Positions 47,880 to 57,304 of a stretch of DNA of 60,104 nt are shown here, piece after piece. Location: sequence record SRR20825010_2976; one strand, given 5' to 3'. A program made the position numbers and the translations under genes. Within the stretch, counting starts at the first letter, position 1, and every line of letters starts with the position of its first letter. The notes under the pieces are model-generated. The model worked only from the letters and a program-made list of their open reading frames with translations, ran no database searches and had not been told where the DNA came from.

Positions 47880-48587
47880 GTGAGCCCGGTACTGGAAATC
47901 AACGACCTGGAATACCGTCATCCCGGCCAGGTTCGTTCCTTCTTGCAGGTGCCGGAGTTTGCCCTGCAGGCAGGGGAGCGGGTGCTGCTTCATGGTCCCA
48001 GCGGCTGTGGCAAAAGCACTCTGCTGTCACTGATTACCGGCATCCGCCCGATGCAGAGCGGGCGTGTTCAGGTTGCCGGCCAGCCTTTTTCTACTCTTTC
48101 CCAGCGTCGCCGGGACGCTTTTCGCGCCGATCATATGGGCGTTATCTTTCAGGCGTTCAATTTGCTGCCCTACCTGAGCGCCGTGGACAACGTTTGTCTT
48201 GCGGCCAGCTTCTCCCGTCTGCGCTGTGAGCGCGAAGCAGGGCGTCGCAAGGAGCAGAGACAGGCTGCCGCCCGTGGCTTGCTTTCACGGCTGGGGCTGG
48301 ATGACGGCCCCATTGACTTGCCGGCCTGGCAACTGTCTTTTGGGCAGCAACAACGGGTGGCGGCCGCCCGGGCCTTGTTCGGCAAGCCGGCTCTGATCAT
48401 TGCCGATGAACCCACCTCCGCGCTGGATAGCCGCAGCCGCGATACCTTGCTGACGTTGCTTTGTGAACTGTGCGAACAGTCCGGCAGTGCCTTGCTGATG
48501 GTGAGTCATGACGGACAGGTGGGTCACCATTTCCAGCGCAGTGTGGATTTCGCCAGCCTGGCCGGGGAGGGCAGTCATGCTTGCTAA
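47880..48587 (+). CDS. ABC ATP-binding protein (Zrg/PA4064-like)
   Basis: GPSGCGKST, LSFGQQQRVAAAR, IADEPTSALD, VSHD. Confidence 0.92.
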   Translation: MSPVLEINDLEYRHPGQVRSFLQVPEFALQAGERVLLHGPSGCGKSTLLSLITGIRPMQSGRVQVAGQPFSTLSQRRRDAFRADHMGVIFQAFNLLPYLSAVDNVCLAASFSRLRCEREAGRRKEQRQAAARGLLSRLGLDDGPIDLPAWQLSFGQQQRVAAARALFGKPALIIADEPTSALDSRSRDTLLTLLCELCEQSGSALLMVSHDGQVGHHFQRSVDFASLAGEGSHAC

Positions 48588-49815
48588 AGTGATGCTTGCC
48601 TCCCTGAAAACCCGGCGCACATCGGCGCTGCTGATCGTGGTTGCCATTGCCATGAGCGTGCTGATGATCATCGGTGTGGATCGGGTGCGTCATCAGGTCC
48701 GCGCCAATTTTTCCAGCACCATTTCGGGCACCGACCTGATCGTTAGTGCCCGTGGTGGGCCAATGAATATCTTGCTCTATAGCGTGTTCCGCCTCAGCGA
48801 CCCCACGGCGGGTATTCGCTGGAACACGGTGGAATATCTGGCCGACCACCCGGATGTGAAGTGGTGGATTCCTATTGCGTTGGGCGATTCCCATCGCGGT
48901 TATCCGGTGGTGGCGACTAACGACAGCTACTTGACGCACTACCGTTACGGGCGGGATCAGGGTTTGAGCCTGCAAAGCGGGCGCTGGTTTGCCGGCGCCG
49001 ATCAGGCCGTACTCGGCAGTGCCGTGGCCGCACGGCTTGGCTACCAGCAAGGTGAGCGCATTGTGCTGGCCCATGGCGCCAGCGGCCCGGCTATTGTGGA
49101 GCATGATAACCACCCATTTACGGTGGTGGGGATTCTGGCGCCCACGGGGACGCCGGTGGATCAGAGCGTGCATATTTCGCTGCAAGGCATGGCCCTGATC
49201 CACCGCGGTGGCGCCTACCTGTCCGGCATGCCTCCCATGCCGGGGCAGGCACTGGACAAGCCGGATTCGGTGAATGCGGTCATGTTGGGGCTTGAGCGAC
49301 GTATGGCGGTGTTGAGCCTGCAGCGGGAGCTGTCCCGTTATGACAGAGAGCCGCTTACCGCCATTATTCCCGGGGTACAGTTGCAGCGGTTGTGGCGGAT
49401 GACTGCTGCTGGAGAGAATGCCTTGCGGGCAACCTCGCTGGCGGTTCTGGCGGTGGCCTTGTTGGTGCTTGTGTCCACCGTGCTGGCGGCCCTGGAAGGG
49501 CGCCGTCATGAAATGGCGGTTCTACGAGCCACAGGGGCGGGGCGATTGGCCGTGTATACGGTCATTGTCGGTGAAAGCCTGTGTCTCACTATGCTGGGCT
49601 GTATGTTGGGTCTGGGGGTATTGTTTGCAGGGCAATGGGGATTGGCGCCAATGGCTTTGGCTGAATGGTCGCTGCGGCTTCCCGACAACTTTCTTGCGTT
49701 GCGGGAGTTGCCGGCTATTGGTGCTATTCTCGCGGCGGGCTCCCTGGCAGGGTTGATTCCGGCCGAAAAGGCCTTCCGTAATAGCCTGGCCGATGGCCTG
49801 ACACCCAGGAACTGA
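48577..49815 (+). CDS. ABC permease (MacB/FtsX type, Zrg/PA4065-like)
   Basis: TISGTDLIVSARGG..LLYSVF, IPIALGDSHRG, PTGTPVD, RRHEMAVLRATGA. Confidence 0.9.
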   Translation: MLAKVMLASLKTRRTSALLIVVAIAMSVLMIIGVDRVRHQVRANFSSTISGTDLIVSARGGPMNILLYSVFRLSDPTAGIRWNTVEYLADHPDVKWWIPIALGDSHRGYPVVATNDSYLTHYRYGRDQGLSLQSGRWFAGADQAVLGSAVAARLGYQQGERIVLAHGASGPAIVEHDNHPFTVVGILAPTGTPVDQSVHISLQGMALIHRGGAYLSGMPPMPGQALDKPDSVNAVMLGLERRMAVLSLQRELSRYDREPLTAIIPGVQLQRLWRMTAAGENALRATSLAVLAVALLVLVSTVLAALEGRRHEMAVLRATGAGRLAVYTVIVGESLCLTMLGCMLGLGVLFAGQWGLAPMALAEWSLRLPDNFLALRELPAIGAILAAGSLAGLIPAEKAFRNSLADGLTPRN

Positions 49816-49817
49816 CC

Positions 49818-50360
49818 ATGCGCTTTTTGATTGCTTTACTTTGTTTTGCCTGCAGCCTGCCTTCCATGGCGGCCAATGAAATTGAGTGGGATGCTCTGGT
49901 GCCGCAGGATTATGATCCGTCGGCGATATACAGCTCCCTGTTCGATGAAATCTATGGGGAGCAGCAGGCCCCGGATGGGATTGCCGATGGCGATAGCCGT
50001 GGCGAGAAGCTGATGGATGCCATCGACAAGGCCTGGCGGGAAGCGCCGCTGAAGCAGTCTCTGGATAATACCGAGGTGCGTATGGCGGGTTACGGCGTGC
50101 CACTGGACGGCGATGAAGAGTATGTCCGGGAATTCCTGCTGGTTCCGTATTTTGGTGCGTGCATCCACACCCCGCCACCGCCGCGTAACCAGATTGTGCT
50201 GGTGAAGATGGCAGGGCGCGGCGTGCCGCTGGATCTGGCACTGGATGCAATGTGGCTGGAGGGCACCTTGACCGTCTCATCGCAAGATACCGAATACGGT
50301 ACGGCAGGATATGTGCTGGAAGGTAAAAGTGCGGAAGCCTTTACGGGTTACCCTCGGTAA
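49818..50360 (+). CDS. DUF3299-domain protein
   Basis: WDALVP, GYGVPL, EFLLVPYFGACIHTPPPPRNQIV. Confidence 0.9.
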   Translation: MRFLIALLCFACSLPSMAANEIEWDALVPQDYDPSAIYSSLFDEIYGEQQAPDGIADGDSRGEKLMDAIDKAWREAPLKQSLDNTEVRMAGYGVPLDGDEEYVREFLLVPYFGACIHTPPPPRNQIVLVKMAGRGVPLDLALDAMWLEGTLTVSSQDTEYGTAGYVLEGKSAEAFTGYPR

Positions 50361-50518
50361 CGCTAACGCCTGGCTGGCGGCCCTTTTTCTCTCTTTCCCT
50401 CTCTCTTTCCTCCTTGTTTTGTCCTGTTTTTTCTCTGCCTGCTGGCGTTCGCCGACCCAAAAACGCTTTTCCGGCCTGATCCGTGACGTTTTTGGCTCTT
50501 TGTCCAACCTTGTTACAT

Positions 50519-50542
50519 TTTACATACTGGAGAGAATGTAAA
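50519..50542. promoter_or_regulatory. Palindromic site upstream of the Liv-type operon
   Basis: tttacat-N10-atgtaaa. Confidence 0.4.
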
Positions 50543-50612
50543 GCTTCAGATAGTCTCGAAAGAACTGCATAAAAATACACCAGAACAATAAACCCCCCGG
50601 GAGAGAGGGACC

Positions 50613-51491
50613 ATGGATATACTCCAGCTGCTGGTCAGCGGGGTCGCTAACGGCTGCATCTACGGGTTGCTGGCACTGGGCTTTGTACTGATTTACAAAG
50701 CCTCAGAAGCAGTCAACTTTGCGCAGGGTGACATGATGATGCTGGGGGCCTTTCTGGGCATTACCTTCATCAATGCCGAATACGCCGACCTGCCATTCCT
50801 GATAGGTATTACTCTGGCCGCCCTGATTCTGGGGGTCTTTGGTTACCTGTTGGATCGCCTGGTATTGCGCGCCATTTTTGGTCAGCCGCAGTTCGCCATG
50901 GTGATTCTCACCATCGCTTTGGGTTTTCTGATGCGCTTCGCCGCCGGTGTGATCTGGGGGCATGATCCCGCCTCCCTGCAAACGCCTTTTGTCGGCAAGG
51001 TGTGGGAATTTGGTGACCTGATCATTCCAGTGGTGGATGCGGTGATCATCGTTACTACCGTGGCCCTCACATCCATTCTTTACTTCTTCTTTGCCCGCAC
51101 CCGCCTCGGTGTGGCCATGCAGGCCAGTAGCCAGAATCAGATGGCCGCTTACTACATGGGCATTCCGGTGAAGCGGATCAACGCCATTGTCTGGGCCCTG
51201 TCCGGGGTGGTGGCCGCCATTGCCGGGGTCATGTTCGCCGCCAAGGGGGCGGTTGAGCCATCGGTGGGCCTGCTGTTTGGCATCAAGGCGTTTGCTGCGG
51301 CGGTAATCGGCGGGCTGGGGTCCTTGCCAGGTGCGTTACTGGGCGGGTTGCTGGTGGGCATCGTGGAACCGTTCGCGGGCCGTTACTTGCCTTCTGGCGT
51401 CGGTCAGATTGCTCCTTATGTGCTGATGTTGCTGGTGCTGATCTTGCGCCCTGGCGGCCTGTTTGCACAGATCAGCCAGAAGAAGGTGTAG
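50613..51491 (+). CDS. Liv-type (HAAT) ABC permease, LivH-like
   Basis: GCIYGLLALGFVLIY..VNFAQG, RTRLGVAMQA, KAFAAAVIGGLGS. Confidence 0.92.
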   Translation: MDILQLLVSGVANGCIYGLLALGFVLIYKASEAVNFAQGDMMMLGAFLGITFINAEYADLPFLIGITLAALILGVFGYLLDRLVLRAIFGQPQFAMVILTIALGFLMRFAAGVIWGHDPASLQTPFVGKVWEFGDLIIPVVDAVIIVTTVALTSILYFFFARTRLGVAMQASSQNQMAAYYMGIPVKRINAIVWALSGVVAAIAGVMFAAKGAVEPSVGLLFGIKAFAAAVIGGLGSLPGALLGGLLVGIVEPFAGRYLPSGVGQIAPYVLMLLVLILRPGGLFAQISQKKV

Positions 51492-51494
51492 GCC

Positions 51495-52592
51495 ATGAGC
51501 AACCGTTTTAAAAGCCGTTACGACGACGATATCAATCTGTTTGAAGGCCGCTGGCACATGGCCCAGTACGCGATACTGGCCGCACTGCTGCTGGCTGCGC
51601 CCTGGGTGCTCGGTAATTACTATCTGGGTGAACTGACTGCTGTGCTGGTCTGGTCGCTGGCGGGGCTGGGGCTGATGCTGATCAGTGGCCACACCGGGCA
51701 AGTCAGCCTTGGCCATGCAGCGTTTATGGCGATCGGTGCCTTTACCAATCTGGCACTGATGCAGCGTGGCTGGCATTTCGTGCCTGCGTTGCTGGCCAGT
51801 GCGGTGACCTCCGGAATCGCCGGCGCCGTCATTGCCCGGCCGATACTGCGTATGAGCGGCATCTATCTGGGCATTGCCACCCTGGCGCTGAGCATCATTG
51901 TGGAGGATGTGTCGATCATGGCCGAGCCGGTGACCGGTGGGGTCGCCGGTGTGTTTGCGCCCCCCATCAACCTGTTCGGCATGGAGATCGACCGTTACGC
52001 CACGCCAGAGGCTTTCTATTATCTCTGTCTGGGGGTGCTGGTGCTGGTGACGCTGGGCTACCTGAACTTGCTGCGTAGTGCTTCGGGCCGGTCTTTTCTG
52101 GCAGTGCGTGACAGCGAAGTCTCTGCCCGTGCGCTTGGCGTCAATGTGGCCCGCGCCAAAACCCTGGCGTTCAGCTTGTCCTGTGCCATTACCGGGCTGG
52201 CAGGTGCGCTTTACGCTCACCTGGCTCAGGCGGTGAACTATGAAAGCTTCCTGGTGCTGATTTCCATCACCTTGCTGTTGCAGGTGGTGATTGGCGGGTT
52301 GGGTTCAGTACACGGCGCGTTCTTCGGTGCCATCGTGGTGGTGCTGTTGCCACAAGTTATCGCGATTGCCAGTGATTACCTGGATAACACTGCGGGTATA
52401 CAGATCGCGGCCTATCCTGGTCTCGATACGGCACTGTTCGCGTTGTTGATCCTGCTCATGGTGATTTACGAGCCCCGCGGGCTCTACGGAGTCTGGTTCA
52501 AGGTGCGCACCTGGCTGCAACTGTTTCCCTTGTATCGCAAGGGTATGTTCCGACGTACCAGAACTTACCTGAAAACGGAGCGCCAACGATGA
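51495..52592 (+). CDS. Liv-type ABC permease, LivM-like
   Basis: GHTGQVSLGHAAF, GIYLGIATLA, GRSFLAVRDSE, VIGGLGS. Confidence 0.92.
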   Translation: MSNRFKSRYDDDINLFEGRWHMAQYAILAALLLAAPWVLGNYYLGELTAVLVWSLAGLGLMLISGHTGQVSLGHAAFMAIGAFTNLALMQRGWHFVPALLASAVTSGIAGAVIARPILRMSGIYLGIATLALSIIVEDVSIMAEPVTGGVAGVFAPPINLFGMEIDRYATPEAFYYLCLGVLVLVTLGYLNLLRSASGRSFLAVRDSEVSARALGVNVARAKTLAFSLSCAITGLAGALYAHLAQAVNYESFLVLISITLLLQVVIGGLGSVHGAFFGAIVVVLLPQVIAIASDYLDNTAGIQIAAYPGLDTALFALLILLMVIYEPRGLYGVWFKVRTWLQLFPLYRKGMFRRTRTYLKTERQR

Positions 52593-53359
52593 GTCTGTTA
52601 CAGGTTAAGGATCTTTCCATTTCCTTCGGGGGCGTTAAAGCGGTGGATGGCGTCAGCTTCCACGTGGAAGCCGGTGAAGTCTTTACTCTGGTGGGGCCCA
52701 ATGGGGCCGGTAAATCCACTATCTTCAATCTGATTAGCCGCCTTTATGAACCGAGTGCGGGGCAGATCATCTTCGATGGCCAGGATATCACTGGCTTGCC
52801 TGCCCACGACGTGGCCGGGCTGGGGATCGCCCGCACCTTCCAGAATATCGAGTTGTTCGATCACTCCTCGGTCTTGCAGAACCTGCTGATCGGCCGGCAT
52901 TGCCGCCGGCAAACCCGCTGGTTCGAAGAGTTGCTGTTTTTGCCCAAGGTAAGACGCAGTGAGCGTGAACAGCGCCTGTTGGTGGAAGAGGTTATCGATT
53001 TTCTGGATCTGGCGCCGTACCGGGACAAATTAATCGCCGGGCTGCCTTACGGGGTGCGCAAGGTGGTGGAAATTGCCCGTGCACTGGCCAGTGAACCGAA
53101 ATTGATTCTGCTGGATGAGCCGGCCTCCGGGCTTAGTGTGGAAGAAACCCAGAACATGGCCTGGTGGATTGAGGACATGCAGAAAGATCTGGGGCTTACC
53201 GTACTGATGGTGGAGCACGATATGAGCCTGGTGTCGCGTGTCTCCGACCGGGTGCTGGCGGTGGCAGAAGGCCACCCGCTAGCCATGGGTACCGCTGCCG
53301 AAGTGCAGGCGAACCCGAAAGTGATTGAAGCGTATCTGGGTACGGAGGCTACATCATGA
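52589..53359 (+). CDS. Liv-type ABC ATPase, LivG-like
   Basis: GPNGAGKST, GIARTFQN, LPYG, LDEPASG, VEHDM, VIEAYLG. Confidence 0.93.
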   Translation: MSLLQVKDLSISFGGVKAVDGVSFHVEAGEVFTLVGPNGAGKSTIFNLISRLYEPSAGQIIFDGQDITGLPAHDVAGLGIARTFQNIELFDHSSVLQNLLIGRHCRRQTRWFEELLFLPKVRRSEREQRLLVEEVIDFLDLAPYRDKLIAGLPYGVRKVVEIARALASEPKLILLDEPASGLSVEETQNMAWWIEDMQKDLGLTVLMVEHDMSLVSRVSDRVLAVAEGHPLAMGTAAEVQANPKVIEAYLGTEATS

Positions 53360-54156
53360 GTAACGCGGCAGAGAAACCCCAGAGCGCCCAGCCCCTGTTG
53401 CAGGTGAAAAATCTGGAAGCGTTTTATGGCCCGGTGATGGCGCTGCGCGGGGTGTCCATCGATGTCCATGAAGGTTCGGTGGTCACCATCCTGGGTGCCA
53501 ACGGTGCTGGCAAGACGACCCTGATGAAAACCATTTCCGGTGCGTTGGCACCGCGCAAAGGCAGCGTCACCCTGGCCGGTGAAACCATCGACGGCAGCGA
53601 GCCGGACAAGCTGGTACGAAAAGGCATTGCCCATGTACCCGAAGGGCGAGAGGTATTCCCTTTCCTGAGCGTGGAAGAAAACCTGGTCATGGGCGCCTAT
53701 ATTCGCCGTGACAAGGCCGCCGTCCGCCAGGATATCGAAATGGTTTATGACTATTTCCCTATTCTGAAAGAGCGCCGTAGCCAGGCAGCAGGCACCTTGT
53801 CCGGCGGTCAGCAGCAAATGCTGGCCATTGGCCGTGGTCTCATGTCGCGCCCTTCATTGATGCTGCTGGATGAGCCTTCGCTGGGCCTGTCGCCACTGCT
53901 GGTGCAGGAAATCTTCCAGATTATTCGCCGGCTCAATAAAGAGCAGGGCGTTACGTTATTGCTGGTAGAGCAGAATGCCCAGGTGGCGCTGAATACGGCG
54001 GACCATGGCTACGTACTGGAAACCGGGCGCATTGTCATGGATGGCACTGCCGAGGATCTACTCGCCAGCGACGATATTCGTGAATTTTATCTGGGCCAGT
54101 CGGCGGGGGATGACCGACCGGAAAAACGCTGGAAACGAAAGAAGACCTGGCGCTGA
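53356..54156 (+). CDS. Liv-type ABC ATPase, LivF-like
   Basis: GANGAGKTT, VPEGR, LSGGQQQMLAIGR, LDEPSLGL, VEQN. Confidence 0.93.
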   Translation: MSNAAEKPQSAQPLLQVKNLEAFYGPVMALRGVSIDVHEGSVVTILGANGAGKTTLMKTISGALAPRKGSVTLAGETIDGSEPDKLVRKGIAHVPEGREVFPFLSVEENLVMGAYIRRDKAAVRQDIEMVYDYFPILKERRSQAAGTLSGGQQQMLAIGRGLMSRPSLMLLDEPSLGLSPLLVQEIFQIIRRLNKEQGVTLLLVEQNAQVALNTADHGYVLETGRIVMDGTAEDLLASDDIREFYLGQSAGDDRPEKRWKRKKTWR

Positions 54157-55970
54157 TGATGACTAAAAATAACACCACACCGACTCAGCTCCACGGTTGC
54201 GATACCGTGGTCAAACTCTGGCGCAAGCAATGTCTGGAGCGGGGCAACAGTATTGCCCATCGCGAAAAGGATCTGGGCATCTGGCAAAGCCATAGTTGGC
54301 TGGATTATTACGAAAAAGCCCGTGCCATTGGCGTTGCGCTCTTGTCCCTTGGGCTGGAGCGCGGCCAGCCGGTATCCATTCTCAGCGAAGACAACAAGGA
54401 ATGGCTGTACTGCGATCTGGGTATTGCCGGTGCGGGCGGCATCAGTAACGGCGTCTACACCACCGACAGCCCCGAGCAGCTGGCTTACCTGGTCAATGAC
54501 AGCGAATCGGCCTTCCTGTTTGTGGAAAACGATGAACAGTTGGACAAGTACCTGACCGTGCGTGATCAGGTGCCGACCCTGAAAAAAGTCATTGTTTATG
54601 ACCGCAAAGGGCTACGGGATTTTGACGATCCCATGGTCATGTTCCTGGATGAGCTTTACGCACTGGGTGAACAGATCCCGGATGCAGAAGAGCAGTTCAG
54701 CACCTGCATTGCCCAGAGCCAGCCCGATGATATCCGCATGCTGATCTACACGTCCGGCACCACCGGGGCACCCAAGGGGGCCATGATCAGTCATCGCAAT
54801 GTGCTGTTCCAGCTGGCCGCCGGCGAGCAGGTGCTCGATGCCCATGAAGACGATGATCAGCTGTGCTTCCTGCCCCTGTGCCATATTCTGGAACGGTTGG
54901 TGTCAGTGGAGCTGCCCATCTACAAAGGCTGCACGGTGAACTTTGCGGAAAGCCCGGAAACCGTATTTGAAAACCTGCGCGAAGTGTCTCCCCATACCTT
55001 TGCCGCCGTGCCGCGCCTGTGGGAAAAAATCTATAGCTCCATGATGACCCTGCGTGATGAAGCCACCGGGTTCGGCCGCTGGTGTTTCGATCGGGCTGTG
55101 GCCGCTGGTGAAGCCTGGCATTGTGATCGCAAACGCAACCCGTTTTCCGCCCTGCAATATCAGTTCTGGAACCTGTTGGTGTTGCGTAATGTGCGTGATC
55201 TGATCGGCATGAACCGTCTGCGGCGTGGCACTACCGGCGCAGCGCCCATTGCACCGGAACAGATCCGCTGGTTTCAGTCACTGGGGGTGCCTTTGTTCGA
55301 AGGCTACGGCATGACCGAGACCACCGGTGTGGCCTCGTTGAACAGTGCCAAACGCGAGAAGGTGGGCACCGTGGGTGAAGCGCTGCCCGGAACCGAAGTG
55401 CGCATTGCCGACAACGGTGAAGTGCTGGTGCGCGGTGACCACGTCTTTGCCGGTTACTGGCGAAAACCCGAAAAAACCGCCGAAGACATCCGCGATGGCT
55501 GGCTGCATACCGGGGATGTGGGGCGCCTGGAAGAAGGCATGCTTACTATTACCGGCCGTCTCAAGGACATCATTATCACCGCAGGGGGCAAGAACATTAC
55601 CCCCGCAGAAATTGAAAGCCGGATGAAGTTCTCGCCCTATATTTCTGATGCCGTGGTGATTGGCGACAAGCGCAAGTATCTCACTTGCCTGATCATGATT
55701 GATCAGGAAAACGTGGAGAAATATGCCCAGGATCGTCAGGTACCGTTTTCCAACTTTGCGTCACTGTGTCGTGCCAAGGAAGTACTGGACCTCATCGACA
55801 GTGTTATTCAGGACGTGAATAAACAATTCGCCCAGGTGGAACAGATCAAGTATTTCCGCCTGATCGATGTGCTGCTCACCGCTGAGGATGAGGAGCTAAC
55901 CGCAACCATGAAGCTGAAGCGTTCCTTCGTGGAGAAAAAACACAAGCACCTGATTGATTCCATGTACTGA
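54156..55970 (+). CDS. Long-chain fatty acyl-CoA synthetase (AMP-binding)
   Basis: YTSGTTGAPKG, FLPLCHILE, VPRLWEK, EGYGMTE, WLHTGDVG, RLKDIIITAGGKNITP, LTATMKLKR. Confidence 0.92.
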   Translation: MMTKNNTTPTQLHGCDTVVKLWRKQCLERGNSIAHREKDLGIWQSHSWLDYYEKARAIGVALLSLGLERGQPVSILSEDNKEWLYCDLGIAGAGGISNGVYTTDSPEQLAYLVNDSESAFLFVENDEQLDKYLTVRDQVPTLKKVIVYDRKGLRDFDDPMVMFLDELYALGEQIPDAEEQFSTCIAQSQPDDIRMLIYTSGTTGAPKGAMISHRNVLFQLAAGEQVLDAHEDDDQLCFLPLCHILERLVSVELPIYKGCTVNFAESPETVFENLREVSPHTFAAVPRLWEKIYSSMMTLRDEATGFGRWCFDRAVAAGEAWHCDRKRNPFSALQYQFWNLLVLRNVRDLIGMNRLRRGTTGAAPIAPEQIRWFQSLGVPLFEGYGMTETTGVASLNSAKREKVGTVGEALPGTEVRIADNGEVLVRGDHVFAGYWRKPEKTAEDIRDGWLHTGDVGRLEEGMLTITGRLKDIIITAGGKNITPAEIESRMKFSPYISDAVVIGDKRKYLTCLIMIDQENVEKYAQDRQVPFSNFASLCRAKEVLDLIDSVIQDVNKQFAQVEQIKYFRLIDVLLTAEDEELTATMKLKRSFVEKKHKHLIDSMY

Positions 55971-55992
55971 TGGTACGAGAGGAGAGTGCATC

Positions 55993-57189
55993 ATGAAGAA
56001 GCTCTGTCTGGCGGCTGTAACCGCCATGGCCCTTGTGGGCTGCAGTGACAACAATAACAAGGAAGACGACAAAGCCGCAGCCGAATCGGTGCGTGGCGTG
56101 ACCGACACTGAAATCAGAATTGGCGGCATGCACGACCTGTCCGGGGTATTCGCAGCGTTTTCTTCACCGGCCGTGCAAGTGGCCAACGACATGTTCGAAG
56201 AAGTGAACGAACAGGGCGGCATTCATGGCCGCAAGATTCGTTATATCGTTGAAGACCATGCCTATCAGGTTCCCAAGGCAACACAGGCGGTGAACAAACT
56301 GGTTAGCCGTGATGAAGTTTTTGCCATGCTGATGAGTCTGGGGACACCCCATAACCTGGCGGCGTTTCCGATCATGGACCGCAACAAGGTTCCCAGCGTT
56401 CTGCCGTTATCGCTTTCCCGGCAGATGGAAGAAGAAGGGGACTTCCGCTACCGCTACGTGCTCGGCCCCAGCTATTACGAGGGCGTATTGCAGGGCGTGA
56501 ACCGGTTGGTGGAAGACGAGGGCATTGAAAAAATTTGTGTGATGTATATTCCCTCTGACTTCGGTGAAGAGGTGAACCAGGCGGTTAACGATGCAGCAAA
56601 CGCCAACGATGCACTGACTCTGGCCGAGAGCTCTTCGCATCGCCCGGATGAAAGTGATTTCAGCGGTACGCTGGCGCGCCTGCGCGATGCCAACTGCGAA
56701 CTGGTAGCGGTAGCCCTGCCCGTGCGCCCCATTATCACCGTCGTCGCGACAGCCAAACAGATGGGTTGGGATGATGCCAAGTTCATCGTATCCCAGGCGG
56801 GCTTCCACTCTGCCGTTGCGGCGGCACCGGGTGGTGTTACCGAAGGGTTGTACGGTGTTGCTTCCTGGGAGGACATCGTCAGCCGCATGACCCATGTGCC
56901 GGAAGCTGAGGAGTGGGGCAAAGCCTACAAGGAGCAGTATGGTGAACTGCCCAGTGGTGGCGCTGTACTCGGTCGTGTTGGTGCCATGCTCACCATCAAT
57001 GCCCTGCGCGAAGCCGGCCCGGACCTGACCACAGAATCTTTCCTGGATGCCCTGGAATCACTGAAATTCAGTGACAAGGTAACCGGCGTGGAGACGGAAA
57101 TGAGCGAGAGTAATCACCGTGCAGGTAGCGGGATTATTCTGTCTCAGGTTCAGGATGGTATCTGGCGCCCCGTTGCCGAAATGGAATAA
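55993..57189 (+). CDS. Liv-type substrate-binding lipoprotein
   Basis: RBS gaggag; MKK-hydrophobic-LVG|C lipobox; GVTDTEIRIG..DLSG, GGIHGRKI..EDH. Confidence 0.9.
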   Translation: MKKLCLAAVTAMALVGCSDNNNKEDDKAAAESVRGVTDTEIRIGGMHDLSGVFAAFSSPAVQVANDMFEEVNEQGGIHGRKIRYIVEDHAYQVPKATQAVNKLVSRDEVFAMLMSLGTPHNLAAFPIMDRNKVPSVLPLSLSRQMEEEGDFRYRYVLGPSYYEGVLQGVNRLVEDEGIEKICVMYIPSDFGEEVNQAVNDAANANDALTLAESSSHRPDESDFSGTLARLRDANCELVAVALPVRPIITVVATAKQMGWDDAKFIVSQAGFHSAVAAAPGGVTEGLYGVASWEDIVSRMTHVPEAEEWGKAYKEQYGELPSGGAVLGRVGAMLTINALREAGPDLTTESFLDALESLKFSDKVTGVETEMSESNHRAGSGIILSQVQDGIWRPVAEME

Positions 57190-57230
57190 AGACCAATAAA
57201 TTGACCAAGGGCCTTTCTCAGAGGCTCCCT

Positions 57231-57269
57231 AAAAAACCACCGTTCCTGAAAGGGGGCGGTGGTTTTTTT
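57231..57269. terminator. Bidirectional terminator
   Basis: aaaaaaccaccgttcct..agggggcggtggttttttt. Confidence 0.8.
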
Positions 57270-57304
57270 AATCTGTATCAGACTCTTTACGCCAAGTGAC
57301 GAGG

